In this document: piece after piece, positions 42,264 through 55,400 of the stretch | How positions within the stretch are numbered: position 1 is the first letter of the stretch | Layout: each line of letters begins with the position of its first letter | NCBI GenBank assembly: GCA_965249555.1 | Contig: OZ252243.1 | Coordinates: 512,001-576,000 of the forward strand | Length of the DNA stretch: 64,000 bases | Source: Nitrosopumilus sp. | GTDB taxonomy: Archaea; Thermoproteota; Nitrososphaeria; Nitrososphaerales; Nitrosopumilaceae | Direction: 5' to 3' | Notes under the pieces: generated by a model | What the model was told of the DNA's origin: nothing | Databases searched by the model: none | Seen by the model: only the letters and a program-made list of their open reading frames with translations | Made by a program: the position numbers and the translations under genes

Positions 42264-42592
42264 CTTTTTATGGTTAATAATTGTTATTCAGAACATGTTT
42301 GTTACAAATAGACTAACAGATAAGGAAAATTTACCAACGATCTAATTCAAACCTTTGTTTCCAATTCAGATATAATTTAGAGAACCTACATTTCCACTAA
42401 GATGCCACTATCAATAGCGGTAGAAAGTATGGTATCGCCTAAAGTGCCGCCAACCGATTTTTTACGCCTAGAATACCAACCGTAGGCTTGACAGAACCAT
42501 CATAATTTATATTATATAATTCCAAATAAATGATAATCACACTTTAATTATATAATAATATAATTCAATGTTAAATTTATAATGTATATTGT

Positions 42593-45500
42593 TTATTTTT
42601 TGCCCAAATGATAAACCACATATCCGTACTGCGAGATTGTTTCATTGTGTATTGACTCAAAGTTGTATTTCTCTATACTATTTACTGCCTTGTATAATCC
42701 CTCATCACAAATAATACCATTTCGATGTGCCATATGATTAATCTTTGAGCAACGATTAACAGTTGAACCAAATATGTCACGTACATTAGATGTAGTACTG
42801 CTTGCCACACGTACCAACCCCAATGCTATACTTACTCTATAATTTACTTGTGGCAATCCAATATTCTCAAGTGTATCAGATATCATACCATGAGATTCGC
42901 ATATATCAATACAGCAATCAATGGCATTAGATATTGATAACTTGCTTTTATCATGTATGGTAAATGAGAAAAGCAGTGCATCGCCAATATTTTTAATCAC
43001 CACTCCTTCAAATTTTTTAACAATCTCTGCTATTTCATTGAGAAATGTCTCATAAAGTTTGGCTGACATTGAATCAGATAGATTCTGTGTAATCTTTGTA
43101 GAATCAATTATATCAATTAGGCAAACGCAGTCAGTCTCAGAAACTTTAGAAAATCGTAATAGTATATCTTCTTCATAACTAATTACATCTTCTTTTTGCT
43201 TTATTATTTTTATCTGTTCTTTGAGCTTTTTTGCCATAGAGTCAACTGCTACAGAGAGCTGACCTATCTCGTCTGCTGAATCAATACCAGTATTTACATC
43301 CAGTCTTCCTTCTGCGATATTTTTTGCAGCATCAGTTAGTTTTACAAGTGATCCCGAGATCTTTCTTGATGTAAAAAATGCTATTGCACCCATCATCATA
43401 ATTATGATAGGGCTAATTATGACCAGCTGGTTTTGCAGTTGTATTAATGGCTCTAGCACCTCGTCACTATCAATTTCTGCAAGTAAAATGAATCCTGGAG
43501 CACAATATGTTGCACCAAATATTGGAGTTCCTCTGTAATCTAAATATTGACCAACTGTATTCTCACTACCTTTAATACAGTTTTTTACTCCAAGCGTATC
43601 AACTTTTTGAGTGTATTGCGCATGTGAAATGAATCGGGATTCAGTTATCATGAGATAATCATAATTTACAAGATATATCTCACCAGTATTGCCATGACCG
43701 CTATGGTCAAGCAGTATTTTGTTTATACTGTGTATATAGCTAGTTATAATGACTGCACCTAATGGGATATCAAAATCACCGATTTGAGCTGCAGCGTATA
43801 TCCTACTATCGTATGTATCAACCTTCACGCACAAATCAACACTATTACACAAAAAGATCTAAGATCAACTAAATCATCATACAAAACATGTCAGGTTGTG
43901 GTCATGAGAAAATCATCATACAGCTGCAAGCAGAGATAAAACAACTAAAACTAATCATAGAAAATCTCATAGAATCAAACAAGGAACTGCAAAAAAAGCT
44001 GTCATATTATGAGAATGCGCACTCTCCGCCATCAAAGAATTCCCTTGAATGGAGAAAGCAAAAAAGACAACACAGACAGCCAGGCAAATCAAGACGTGGT
44101 GGAATAGCAGGACACGTTGGCAAGACACAGAAATTCAGACCAACTAGCACCAAACACCACAGATCAGATGCATGTCCCAAATGCGGTAGTGAAAATATTC
44201 ATCAAACCAAAACCTGCAAAAGGATAATGGTTGAGATTCCTCCACCAACACCCTACGGTATAACTGAGCATGTTTTGAATCAATACATCTGCATGGACTG
44301 TTCTGATAATTTTCAAACCACGGGAAACCTTCCACTACATGGATGTTTTGATGGTTCAGTGATACGTGAGGTCGTCTCACTGTTCTCAAAGAGATTGACA
44401 TACGATGCTATCAGAACCACACTCTATGAAAGATATGGATTAGAAATCAGCAATACAACCGTACAATCCATTCTTCGCAACGGTAGTGTGATGTTAGAGT
44501 CATTTTACAATACAATCCACAGCGAAATCGTGACTGAAAATATTCTCGGAATCGATGAGACAGGATTTTCAATTGATGGAAATACTGGATGGATGTGGGT
44601 TGCAAGAAGCAAGACTAGTGCACAGTATGCCTTGGAGTACAGCAGAGGTGCCAATGTTCTAAAAAAGTACTGGAAGAAATTCAAAGGAACCCTAGTGTCT
44701 GACGGATATGCTCCGTACAGGACAGTATTTTGTGATAACACAAAGCAGAGATGCACCGCACACCTGCAGCGCGATGCCAAATATCTGGCAATAAAATCAC
44801 AGGACAAAAAGGCCAGGATTCTATATGAGAAACTCTCAGGGATGCTAGGTCATGCCAGGGTTTGGAGTGTAGGTAATCGTCATACAAAACGGCGGGAAAC
44901 GTACAGGAATGATTTACTAAAACAGCTGGACCGTATCATTGCACGATATTTGAAAGGTGATACGGAGATGGTTCAGTTTGGCAAGAAGCTAAAGACTGCA
45001 AGGAACAGCATGTTTACGTTTGTCATGGATGGCGATGTCCCGTCAACTAACAATGATGCAGAGAATTCCATTCGAAAGTGCGTGATGCAGAGGAATGTTC
45101 GCGGGCAGATGAAGAGTGATCAGGGCATGAGGATGATCTCAGTCTTTCTCACATGCTTTGAGACATGGAGAATAAGGGAATTGAACATGTTTTCTGAGAT
45201 GGCAAAATACATCTAAGTGCTTGATTCATACCTACTATCAGGTATATCCCCCACAGATGCTCCAAACTCTGCAAAATTATCCCCACTGATTGCTCGCAGA
45301 AAGCGCGATTCCTCTGATATATTACTAGTTTGTCTCCTATCAAGTGAGAAGAGCACTTTTCCCATACCATCAGATATTATGATATTGTCAATCTCTGCAT
45401 TTTTTATGACACTTTCAAACTCTGTCATATATGATAGAAACATCTTATCAGAGTCTATTGTTGATTCGTATTTAGTGGAATTTAACTTGAGAACTAGTTG

Positions 45501-45740
45501 TTTAATCTCGAATTCATTTGCAAGTATATGTGCATGTGTTTCCCTTGAATCCAGAATGTTTTGAATTGATATTCCACTTATTGTAGCTTCGTCTTGTAGT
45601 TGGTCTGAGGTTTGTTGTAGGATAATATCTTTTGTTGACTCTAATGTTATGACCATGGTAATAACAATAGTAAAAAGAGATATTACAACTGCCTGAAAGA
45701 CTAGCTTTCGTGCTATGCTTGTGTTTATTCTCAATACCAT
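42593..45740 (-). pseudogene. Membrane receptor class III cyclase (TM-Cache-like-TM-HAMP-cyclase) disrupted by IS66
   Basis: Removing the IS and one CTACTATC restores GDIPDSRIYAAAQ in frame (572 aa); DEIGQL HAMP; IDIIDST, KNIGDA, DIFGSTVNRCSK. Confidence 0.9.
43811..45231 (+). mobile_element. IS66-family element, copy 2 (transposase 43888-45216)
   Basis: 8-bp target duplication CTACTATC (43803-43810, 45232-45239); GTATG...CATAC ends. Confidence 0.95.
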
Positions 45741-45837
45741 ATATCACATTAGTGATATATTAAAGTCATATCTGTATTGGCAAAGTTTATCATTTTTTTT
45801 GAATCATGTTATTTATGCCAAGATAATGATTCATTTT

Positions 45838-46638
45838 TTATTTTAGATATTTTACAAGGATTTGTTTTGCCATATCATTAATGGTAATATCATTTCGCTC
45901 TGCTTTTTGCTTTAACTTTTTGGCTGCACTTTTTGATAGTTTTACAGATATATTTTGACGAATAACAGACAGCTTTGAGAGTTTGAGCAGTTTAAGATGT
46001 GACATTTTGGGATGATACAATAACAAAGAGATATAGTGTTTTTTTAGTTGAGAATCCAGATTTTGTATCTTTATGGAGATATTTTTGGCACGATCTGTAT
46101 TGGGTACTGCCAAGTATAGTTTGGTTATATCATCTCGGGATATTATTTTTGGAACTAGCTCTTTTAGAGAATCAGGTACTGCCACATACCCAAGATACTT
46201 GTATAGTGTTGCAAGTGTAATGCCCAGATGTCGTGCAGCTTGTGTCTTTCCCATTTTTTCAGTCAGAATAGTAGCTGCAAGTATGATATCTTTGTTATTC
46301 ATGTCATTTCTGTGAATGTTCTCCACTACTGAGGATGCTTTTGCTTGGTCTATTGACATTTGAGATTTTTTTGTAATGACATGAGCAGGAATGGTTTTGG
46401 CATGCAGTCTTTTCATTGCAGCCAGTCTTCGCTGGCCTGACATTAGCAAATATTGATTTTTTGCAATCTTTTGTACCAGTGGTGGGTTGAGCAATCCATC
46501 ATGTTTAATTGATTTTGCTAGTTGTGTAATTCCATCTCGGTCTAGTTTCCGAGCTTGTGCTTGACTCCAAACTTTGATGTATTTAATTGGGATTTCTCGT
46601 AGAACATATGAGATTTTTGGAGTATACCGTTTTACCAA
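45838..46638 (-). CDS. ParB/Spo0J-like protein with HTH and C-terminal RHH-like domain
   Basis: LAKSIKHDGLLNPPLV...LMSGQRRLAA, VENIHR; C-terminal ISVKLSK...INDMAKQILVKYL. Confidence 0.8.
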   Translation of the reverse strand: MVKRYTPKISYVLREIPIKYIKVWSQAQARKLDRDGITQLAKSIKHDGLLNPPLVQKIAKNQYLLMSGQRRLAAMKRLHAKTIPAHVITKKSQMSIDQAKASSVVENIHRNDMNNKDIILAATILTEKMGKTQAARHLGITLATLYKYLGYVAVPDSLKELVPKIISRDDITKLYLAVPNTDRAKNISIKIQNLDSQLKKHYISLLLYHPKMSHLKLLKLSKLSVIRQNISVKLSKSAAKKLKQKAERNDITINDMAKQILVKYLK

Positions 46639-46713
46639 TAAATCAATGAATTAGGATATGTGATAAAAGAGGATTTGTTTATTATTAATAATGATTTGAT
46701 TTAATAATTTTCT

Positions 46714-47589
46714 TTACAAAACCGTTACACCATCTAGTCCTCGTTTATGTGCCATTAACTTCTCAGCAATGTTTGGATTTAGACCTTCACTGATTTTTAA
46801 AATTGTATTGAATCGTTTGCGAAAGCCATATGTTAATGCATTGTCATATCTTGCGGCTTTTTTGGTCCTTTCAATTCCTGCATTCTTTATAACTCTGGTT
46901 AAAATATGTCGTACAGCACGAAACTGAATTGGTTTTCCTTTATTTTCAAATAATGGAGATTCATCATCCAAGTGTTCACCATTTAATTTTCTTGATCTAA
47001 CGTAATAATCAATTGCCTGTACTGCCTCTTGAGTCAAAAATGACCAATATTCCTCCTTTGATTCTTTGTATAACATTACAGCTTTGCAACCATCAGGAAT
47101 ATCTATCAAATCACTAATCTTTAAAACAGGATCATGTAGTGCATTTGGCCTAATTCCTGTGCTGGTAAAAAAATGAATGAGTGCCTCTGTTCTAAATTTT
47201 GGTGAACCATCAAGCATTCTCTTAATTTCATCAGTAGTGTATGGTCTCTCTCCTCCCTGCTTTTTGCCCTCAATTGGAAATAGTTTTCTAATCACCCTTT
47301 TAGGATAAATTATCTCATTCATATCATGGAATAGCTCTATTGATGACAGATACAAACTGATACTAGAATGAGTCAATTTTTTACTATTAAGATATACAGT
47401 GTAGGATACAAGTAATTCTTTGAGTTTGACATGATTCATCTTTGTGAATTGGCAGTATGATTTTACTTTGCAGAAATCCTTGAATTTTTCCATTGATCTA
47501 GTATATGATAATCTGGTAGCATCAGTTTTTAAGGCATTTACAAATAATTGCCAGCATGAATCTATGTTTCTTCTATGAACTACTAACAA
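46714..47589 (-). pseudogene. Tyrosine recombinase/integrase, C-terminally truncated
   Basis: STGIRP, YGFRKRFNT, KLMAH, then GLDGVTVL* with no catalytic Tyr. Confidence 0.75.
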
Positions 47590-47647
47590 TTAATAGATAC
47601 TTTCGCGAGTCATTAGATTTAATTATTGAAAATCAACAGTGTTGTTC

Positions 47648-48562
47648 ATGATTACTATAATTGGTTCAGGTAAAGTAGGCGGGGATGCCGCATTATTCTC
47701 TGCATTAAAGCGACTAGATGATCAAATTTTGTTATTAGATGTTGTTGAAGGACTTCCACAAGGAGAAGCAATGGATATCAACCATATGTTATCAGAACAG
47801 GGAATTGATGTTGAGGTAAAAGGTTCAAATGATTATGCAGATATGAAAGGCTCAAACATTGTTGTAGTTGTTGCAGGTTCTGGAAGAAAACCAGGAATGA
47901 CAAGAATGGATCTTTTGAAGATTAATGCCTCAGTTGTCAAGAGTGTTGTTGAGAATATCAAAAAATATGCTGATGACTCTATGATTATTCCAGTTACAAA
48001 TCCACTGGATCCAATGGCTTACATAACTTACAAGTTATCAGGATTTGATAGAAGCAGAGTCTTTGGGATGGGAGGAATGCTTGACTTGTCAAGATTTAAA
48101 CAATTTATCCATGAGGCAACAGGACATTCTCATGATTCAATCAGAGCACTAGTAATTGGCGAACATGGAGAAAATATGCTACCATTGCCAAGATTTTCAT
48201 CTGTTTCAGGTATTCCGTTATCATCTTTTCTTTCAAAAGAAAAATTGGATGAATTGGTTCAAAATACCAAACAAGTTGCAGCTAAAGTTATTGAATTAAA
48301 AGGTGCCACAGTACATGCACCAGGAAACGCAATTTCTTCAATTGTTGAATCAGTTATAAGAGATAGAAAACAAGTCATTCCAGTTGCAACATATCTTGAT
48401 GGAGAATATGGTCATTCAGACGTTACAATTGGAGTTCCAGCAGTTATTGGAAAGAATGGTGTAGAGAAAATCATAGAACTAGACCTAAATGATGAAGAAA
48501 AACAAGTCTTTGAAAAAGGAGTGGAGAGTGTGAAAAGCGCCATCTCAGGTATTGAAATCTAA
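47648..48562 (+). CDS. mdh: Malate dehydrogenase (LDH-like)
   Basis: [28 protein letters not shown]. Confidence 0.95.
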   Translation: MITIIGSGKVGGDAALFSALKRLDDQILLLDVVEGLPQGEAMDINHMLSEQGIDVEVKGSNDYADMKGSNIVVVVAGSGRKPGMTRMDLLKINASVVKSVVENIKKYADDSMIIPVTNPLDPMAYITYKLSGFDRSRVFGMGGMLDLSRFKQFIHEATGHSHDSIRALVIGEHGENMLPLPRFSSVSGIPLSSFLSKEKLDELVQNTKQVAAKVIELKGATVHAPGNAISSIVESVIRDRKQVIPVATYLDGEYGHSDVTIGVPAVIGKNGVEKIIELDLNDEEKQVFEKGVESVKSAISGIEI

Positions 48563-48595
48563 GCCTTTTTTTATCCAAACAAAGAAAAATCATCA

Positions 48596-49369
48596 TTGGA
48601 AATTTATGAAATCTTGGAATCATTGAAAGCAGATAAAATTTCAGTTAATCACGCAAAAAAGCTCCTTTCATTATATTCTATTGAAGAAGTAGAGGGATTT
48701 GCTAAAATTGACATCAATCGAAGAAAGAGAAGAGGTGTTCCAGAAGTGATTTTTGCTGAAACAAAAGAACCAGATGAAATTAAAAAAATTATAAAGAAAA
48801 CTCTGGAAAAATCAAATTCGGTAATGGTCTCAAGAATTAATAAAAAAGATAATCCAAAAATTTTGGCATTTGCAAAAAGATTAAAAGTCAAAATAAGAAC
48901 TGGAAAAAATTCATCATCGTTGCTGTTATTTAAAAAACCCATAAAATTTCATGGAGGAAAAGTAGGGATTCTTACTGCAGGCACATCAGATATTGGAGTG
49001 GCAGAAGAATCTAGATTAATGTGTGAGGCAATGAATTGTAAATGCATAACAAGTTATGACGTAGGAGTTGCAGGTATTCAAAGAATTTTTCCAATTTTGA
49101 AAAAAATGATTAAAGAAGATGTAGATTGTATCATAGTAGCTGCAGGAATGGAAGGGGCTTTGGCCACACTTGTTTCTACCATGGTTGATATCCCAATCAT
49201 AGGAATACCAACATCTGTAGGATACGGATATGGAGAAAAAGGCATAGCTGCACTTGCATCAATGCTTCAAAGTTGTTCGTTAGGACTATCAGTGGTAAAT
49301 ATCGACAATGGGATTGCAGCAGGTGGAATTGCAGCAAATATTGCAAACAGAGCTGTCAGGAAAAAATAA
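48596..49369 (+). CDS. larB: Nickel pincer cofactor biosynthesis protein LarB
   Basis: PEVIFAETK, AGTSD, AGMEGAL, PTSVGYG, VNIDNG. Confidence 0.9.
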   Translation: MEIYEILESLKADKISVNHAKKLLSLYSIEEVEGFAKIDINRRKRRGVPEVIFAETKEPDEIKKIIKKTLEKSNSVMVSRINKKDNPKILAFAKRLKVKIRTGKNSSSLLLFKKPIKFHGGKVGILTAGTSDIGVAEESRLMCEAMNCKCITSYDVGVAGIQRIFPILKKMIKEDVDCIIVAAGMEGALATLVSTMVDIPIIGIPTSVGYGYGEKGIAALASMLQSCSLGLSVVNIDNGIAAGGIAANIANRAVRKK

Positions 49370-49448
49370 TTCTAATTAAAATTTACAAATGAACTAGCCA
49401 AGTTATCCTCGTAAATGATATATAACATACCTTAGCGACGTTTTGTAG

Positions 49449-51029
49449 TTGGCTGGCAAACGTGTTGTACTTACTGCTGATCGTAGTTTAATGACAAATT
49501 ATAGAGGAAATTTTCTGTATGGTTTTATTGCATGTGGACCATATGAGGTTCTTCCTGAATGGGTTTTTGACAAAGTTTTCTGTCCATCAGTTGAAACAGA
49601 CAAAATAACTGGTGAAGTTAAAGTTGCTCAAGTAGGATTAAGGAGGGTAGAAAGCTCGCTGATTCAAGGAGGGTACAAAAGAGATGAGGTATTTCTTGCA
49701 CATCCTGAAATGCTACATAAATCAATTGGACCTGATACCAAGGTTGTAGGAATTAATGTAATGGATCCATTAGGAATGGCTCCAGTTACAACAACAATGT
49801 CACCAGAAAAACTATCCTATGTAGCAATGAAATTCAAAAAAATGTGTGCCAGTATTATTCAACTCAAAAAGAAATATGATTTCAAAGTTGTAGTTGGAGG
49901 TAATGGTGCATGGGAGTTAGCTAAATCAGATAGAATGAAAATTCACGGAATAGATACGGTAGTTGTAGGTGAAGCCGATGAGTTAGCAATAGATTTGTTC
50001 CAAGATCTTGAAAAAGGAGATGCACCAGAACTAATGCATTGTTTTGTTAGAAACCTTGAAAATATTCCAATGATTGAAGGCCCTACAATTAATTCCTTGA
50101 TTGAGGCAATGAGAGGTTGTGGCAGAGGATGTGACTTTTGTGACGTAAACAAAAGATCAAAGAAAGACCTGCCATTAGAAAGATTACAACATGAAGCAAA
50201 AATTAACTTAGATTATGGGTTTGATTCAATTTGGTTACATTCAGATGAGATGTTGCTTTATGGATGTGATAACAGAGACTTTGTTCCAAACAGAGATGTC
50301 ATTACTGACTTGTGGAAAGGACTCAAAGGATTAGGAGCAAACTTTATTGGAACTACACACATGACATTCTCAGCAGTTGCAGCAGATCCAACATTAATGC
50401 AACAAATTTCACACATCAATAAACAAGACGAAACAGGAAGATGGCTTGCAACAAATTTGGGAATTGAAACAGTAGCACCAAATTTGGTAAAGAAACATCT
50501 TGGTGTTAAAACAAAACCATTCTCACCTGAAGAGTGGGGAAGTGTTGTAATGGATGGTGCAAAAATTCTAAATGAAAATCACTGGTTCCCAGCTGCAACA
50601 ATTATCATTGGTTGGCCTGATGAAACTCCAGAGGATAACCAGTATACTATTGATATGATTAGCGACTTTAGAGAGATGAATTTTAGAGGACTAGTGGCAC
50701 CATTACTTTACCAAGACTTTAGTGAAAAGAATTCAATGCACTTTGGAAACTTGAATGAAGCACAATTTACTCTATTTTGGAGATGCTGGGAAAACAATCT
50801 ACGTGTAATTAATGACATTATTCCAATTATTCTTAGAAACAAGACCTATGGTCCACCAATGAAGGTCTTCATGTATGGTATTCTTAAAGCAGGAACTTGG
50901 GCAATTATGAGATATCTCAGAGGATTATGCAAAGATCTCTTTAATGGACGAACCCCAGAAGAAATTATGGACAAATATGCAAGAAGCAGATCAGTTACTG
51001 CACCTAGAATTCAAACAAAGAAATTATAG
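49449..51029 (+). CDS. B12-binding radical SAM protein
   Basis: MRGCGRGCDFC motif after an N-terminal B12-binding-like region. Confidence 0.85.
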   Translation: MAGKRVVLTADRSLMTNYRGNFLYGFIACGPYEVLPEWVFDKVFCPSVETDKITGEVKVAQVGLRRVESSLIQGGYKRDEVFLAHPEMLHKSIGPDTKVVGINVMDPLGMAPVTTTMSPEKLSYVAMKFKKMCASIIQLKKKYDFKVVVGGNGAWELAKSDRMKIHGIDTVVVGEADELAIDLFQDLEKGDAPELMHCFVRNLENIPMIEGPTINSLIEAMRGCGRGCDFCDVNKRSKKDLPLERLQHEAKINLDYGFDSIWLHSDEMLLYGCDNRDFVPNRDVITDLWKGLKGLGANFIGTTHMTFSAVAADPTLMQQISHINKQDETGRWLATNLGIETVAPNLVKKHLGVKTKPFSPEEWGSVVMDGAKILNENHWFPAATIIIGWPDETPEDNQYTIDMISDFREMNFRGLVAPLLYQDFSEKNSMHFGNLNEAQFTLFWRCWENNLRVINDIIPIILRNKTYGPPMKVFMYGILKAGTWAIMRYLRGLCKDLFNGRTPEEIMDKYARSRSVTAPRIQTKKL

Positions 51030-51347
51030 ATTTTCAATAGCAACATCTGCTATAGTGTTTCGTTTTGGTGTTATAGAGATAAAGTAAACTTTGTCTGCTC
51101 TTTCAATACTTTCAACTTTCTTGAGAGACTTTGATGTAACATCAAATTCATAGATTCCGGGTTCAAGTGTACCTTTTGAATAAAGCATAAGGAATGTTTC
51201 TCCAGTTATTGGGCTAAGTGGAATAAATGACATTACATATCCTTTGTAAGAATTAACAGGCATTGTATTTTTCATTGGAGGAGCTGCTGATGCCATATAC
51301 ATGAAAAAGTCTTCGATTGTATCAAATTCTTCGTATTCAATATGCAT
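51024..51347 (-). CDS. Hypothetical protein
   Basis: ORF track; core-like context. Confidence 0.65.
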   Translation of the reverse strand: MHIEYEEFDTIEDFFMYMASAAPPMKNTMPVNSYKGYVMSFIPLSPITGETFLMLYSKGTLEPGIYEFDVTSKSLKKVESIERADKVYFISITPKRNTIADVAIENL

Positions 51348-51402
51348 TAAATTTCATAATGTGTTTTAGTATAATAACCTACTAAAATGAAATAAGGCAA
51401 AA

Positions 51403-52410
<1,008 letters not shown>

Positions 52411-52434
52411 TCAATGAAATAAAAATTGACCAGA

Positions 52435-55400
52435 TTATATTCGAATTATGCCTTTTTTGACTAAATAATTTATTGATCCAACAAAATCTTCATCAGAAAT
52501 TAGATCGTTGGCCCACCATTTGGCGTTATTTTTGATCCAATCGGGGATTTCTCGTTCAAGGGTATTTTTCTCAGAAGGCGTAGTGGAAATTATTTCGTTT
52601 TCAATTAGATGTTCAATTCCGTCAATAAATTCACTATCAGAAATACTGTCAGAAGACCACAAACGGGCATCATTTTTGGGCGAATCAGAAATACTGTCAG
52701 AAGACCACAAACGGGCATCATTTTTGGGCGAATCAAGAATAGTTTCTGAGGTCACAAAAAATGATAAAGTTCCAAGATTTTGGTCATCATAAGAAAGATG
52801 GATGAAATATTTTCCAGGTAATGAATTAGCATTTATAGTGAAAATTGACTTGTAACCACCACTGGCAGTTAGAATTGCACCAAAATTTTGAACAGTTCCA
52901 TCAGGATTTGTAAGAGCAATTGATAATGGGATTCCTCGTTTTTGATTATTAATACTTCCAGACAAAATTATTTCTTGTACAGAATCAATATTTGGTAATG
53001 AAACTTGATCATGACTCAATTTTGCAGGACTAGAAAACGAGACAGGAGTTTGAGAATTCAATAAATCGAAGATGTTTGAATTTCCAAAGGCATCACGTGA
53101 ATCATAATATCTTGCATCAAGACTACCACCAGCTGGCGAAATTAATTTTGAACCTGTTTTATCACAAATCCATGATGGCATCTTAAAGGATCCTTCAAAT
53201 ATTCCAGTACTGGGTCCTGTTTCAACAAGAGAGAATCCTTTTGAAGCTAAACCATCATACTCAACGCCGTCAATAGTACAACGTTTGTAACGAATATCTT
53301 TTATTTTGATCTCCAACAAAATCTCTCCATCTTTTCCTACAGTATCAACAAGAGGAGAGTTTGGATCATTGATTGCTCGATAGACTTCTATTGTATCACT
53401 TTTCAAATTAAGATCAGAATCTTTGAGAATGATAGTTACTGGTTGCCCAAATCGAAATGATGTTGAAGTAGTTGAAACAGTTCCAGAATGCGTGGTTATA
53501 TCAGATTTTGCAGAAGTTGTGGTAGTTACACCTGTTTTATCTAAATCAGAATAAGATATTGTAATTCCTTCTTCATCAATTAATCTATCAGTAACAATAA
53601 TTTTTATTTCCTCATCGATTGTTTGTATCGTTTGAATAAAATTGGGATCTAGTATATTCAATTGATTTGTTACAGCATATTCAAAAGTGCCTTCAAAAGT
53701 AGAAGAATTAGCCAGAGTTTCTTCTAATTCAAAACGATAAATTGAATTGTTTATACTTTGTTCATTTTTTAAGCCAAATGAAAATATATCAAAAACAATT
53801 GGTTGTTTGTTTGTTTCACTAGAAACAGTCAGTACTCCTGCATCATTGTCAGAAGAATCAAAATCAATTACAAGAAATACAGTTCCACTTTCATCTACAA
53901 GATCATTTACAACAGAATCATCAATCTGGATGAATCCTTGGGATGATGAAACATCACCGACATCAGCAATAGTTATTGACGATAAGCCAAGTGCGCCAAA
54001 AGTCATATTAAATGAAGTATCGCCAAAGTCAGAAATTCCAAAATCATTCTCAAAGGATCTTAAATCATAATTAATCCAATTTGTGCCACCTGTATCTGAT
54101 TCAGACACATCAAGTAGTGTTAAAGCCAATGTTGACGCTGAAATTCCCAAGTTTACTGAAATCATTTCATATGGTCCATCAGGTACAGGGGATGTATCAA
54201 TTACCAGCAGGTCAGAATTAGAGTCAGGTACAGAAGAATCTGCTTCACCATCTACAGACAGTACAGGAGATGATGTATGAAATAGGACATCCTGAGCATT
54301 CTCAAAAGTAACAGGATTTCCAATTATGATTGTAGGAATGATTGCTGTTGCTCTAAATACATTCAAATCATCACGAGTACCTGTGTTTAGATTTTGATCA
54401 GAATCTACCAAAATTACAGGATATTCAGTTCCAGGATTCAAAGATTCGCCAGTTCCAATCGTTAATACTGGATCACTGCTAAGTGAAACAGAAGCCGTTG
54501 AAGATCCTGTCAAAACTGAAACAGAGTTTTTGTTGTAAGTGATGTGTCCAGCTTGCCCACGTGGAGCACCATCAAGTATACCTAAAGTAGATTGATCAGT
54601 ATAATCAAAGTTTTCAAAAAATCCAGAATTTGAACCTTGTTCAACTAATGTGACAATTTCAGAAAAGGTATTTGAAACTCCATCATCATCAACTGAAGAA
54701 TCAGGTTGATGGTTGTTTGTTTTTAGCTCCATTATATTTCCTAGATCCAAAGAAAGTTTGCCATTATCTTCAAAACCCAAGCTTGAAAGATAAGGAGCCA
54801 AATCTACCAATCCTGCATTTTCATTGGCAGCATCATTTCCGGAATCATCAAATGCTTGATAAAATACACTTACAGGAGAATCAATGTTAAAAGTCCAAGA
54901 GTCCTCATCTGTAGGATCTTGATTCAATTGAAAATCATTTATTGTTAGAAAAACTTCGGAATTATTTGGATAAAGATCCCTGTCAAGATTCAAAGAGATA
55001 TTTGGGATTTCATCATATTCAAGTGAAACTTGTTGTGATGAACCACCAGGATTGTATTGAATTGTTACATCACTAAATGAATAAAGTTGGATTAATGGCC
55101 AGGCATTGGAATCTAATCCAATTTGACCTACAGGAATATTTGGATTTGTATTAATTGATTTTGCATGTCTAACTACATTATTCAAATTTGTGGAACCAGT
55201 TGGAGAACCAGTACATGGACTAAATGAGGAATCACCATTAGTAAAACTTTCCAAACCTGCAGATTGCGGTACTGCAATTCCATCAGTTTCAGAAAAAGAA
55301 ACTCCAAAGACAGAAGATGATGTATCTTTACTGCAAAAGACTCCAAAATCTAATCCTTCTCCAGCTAAACCAACTGTAGAATCTGCAACTTGAGCCTTCT

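Larger units (their letters stand above)
41017..42498 (+). mobile_element. IS6-family-derived element with passenger ORFs
   Basis: Terminal GGTTCTGT and ACAGAACC; transposase fragment 41621-42046 (WRTDEVY, MDSETRF, IITDGL). Confidence 0.7.

Noticed and set aside
42593-43852. 419-aa cyclase as an intact gene (likewise the start of ORF 15641-16018)
   Set aside because: The predicted N-terminus (MCN..DLCVKVDTY) is IS66 end sequence read on the minus strand.
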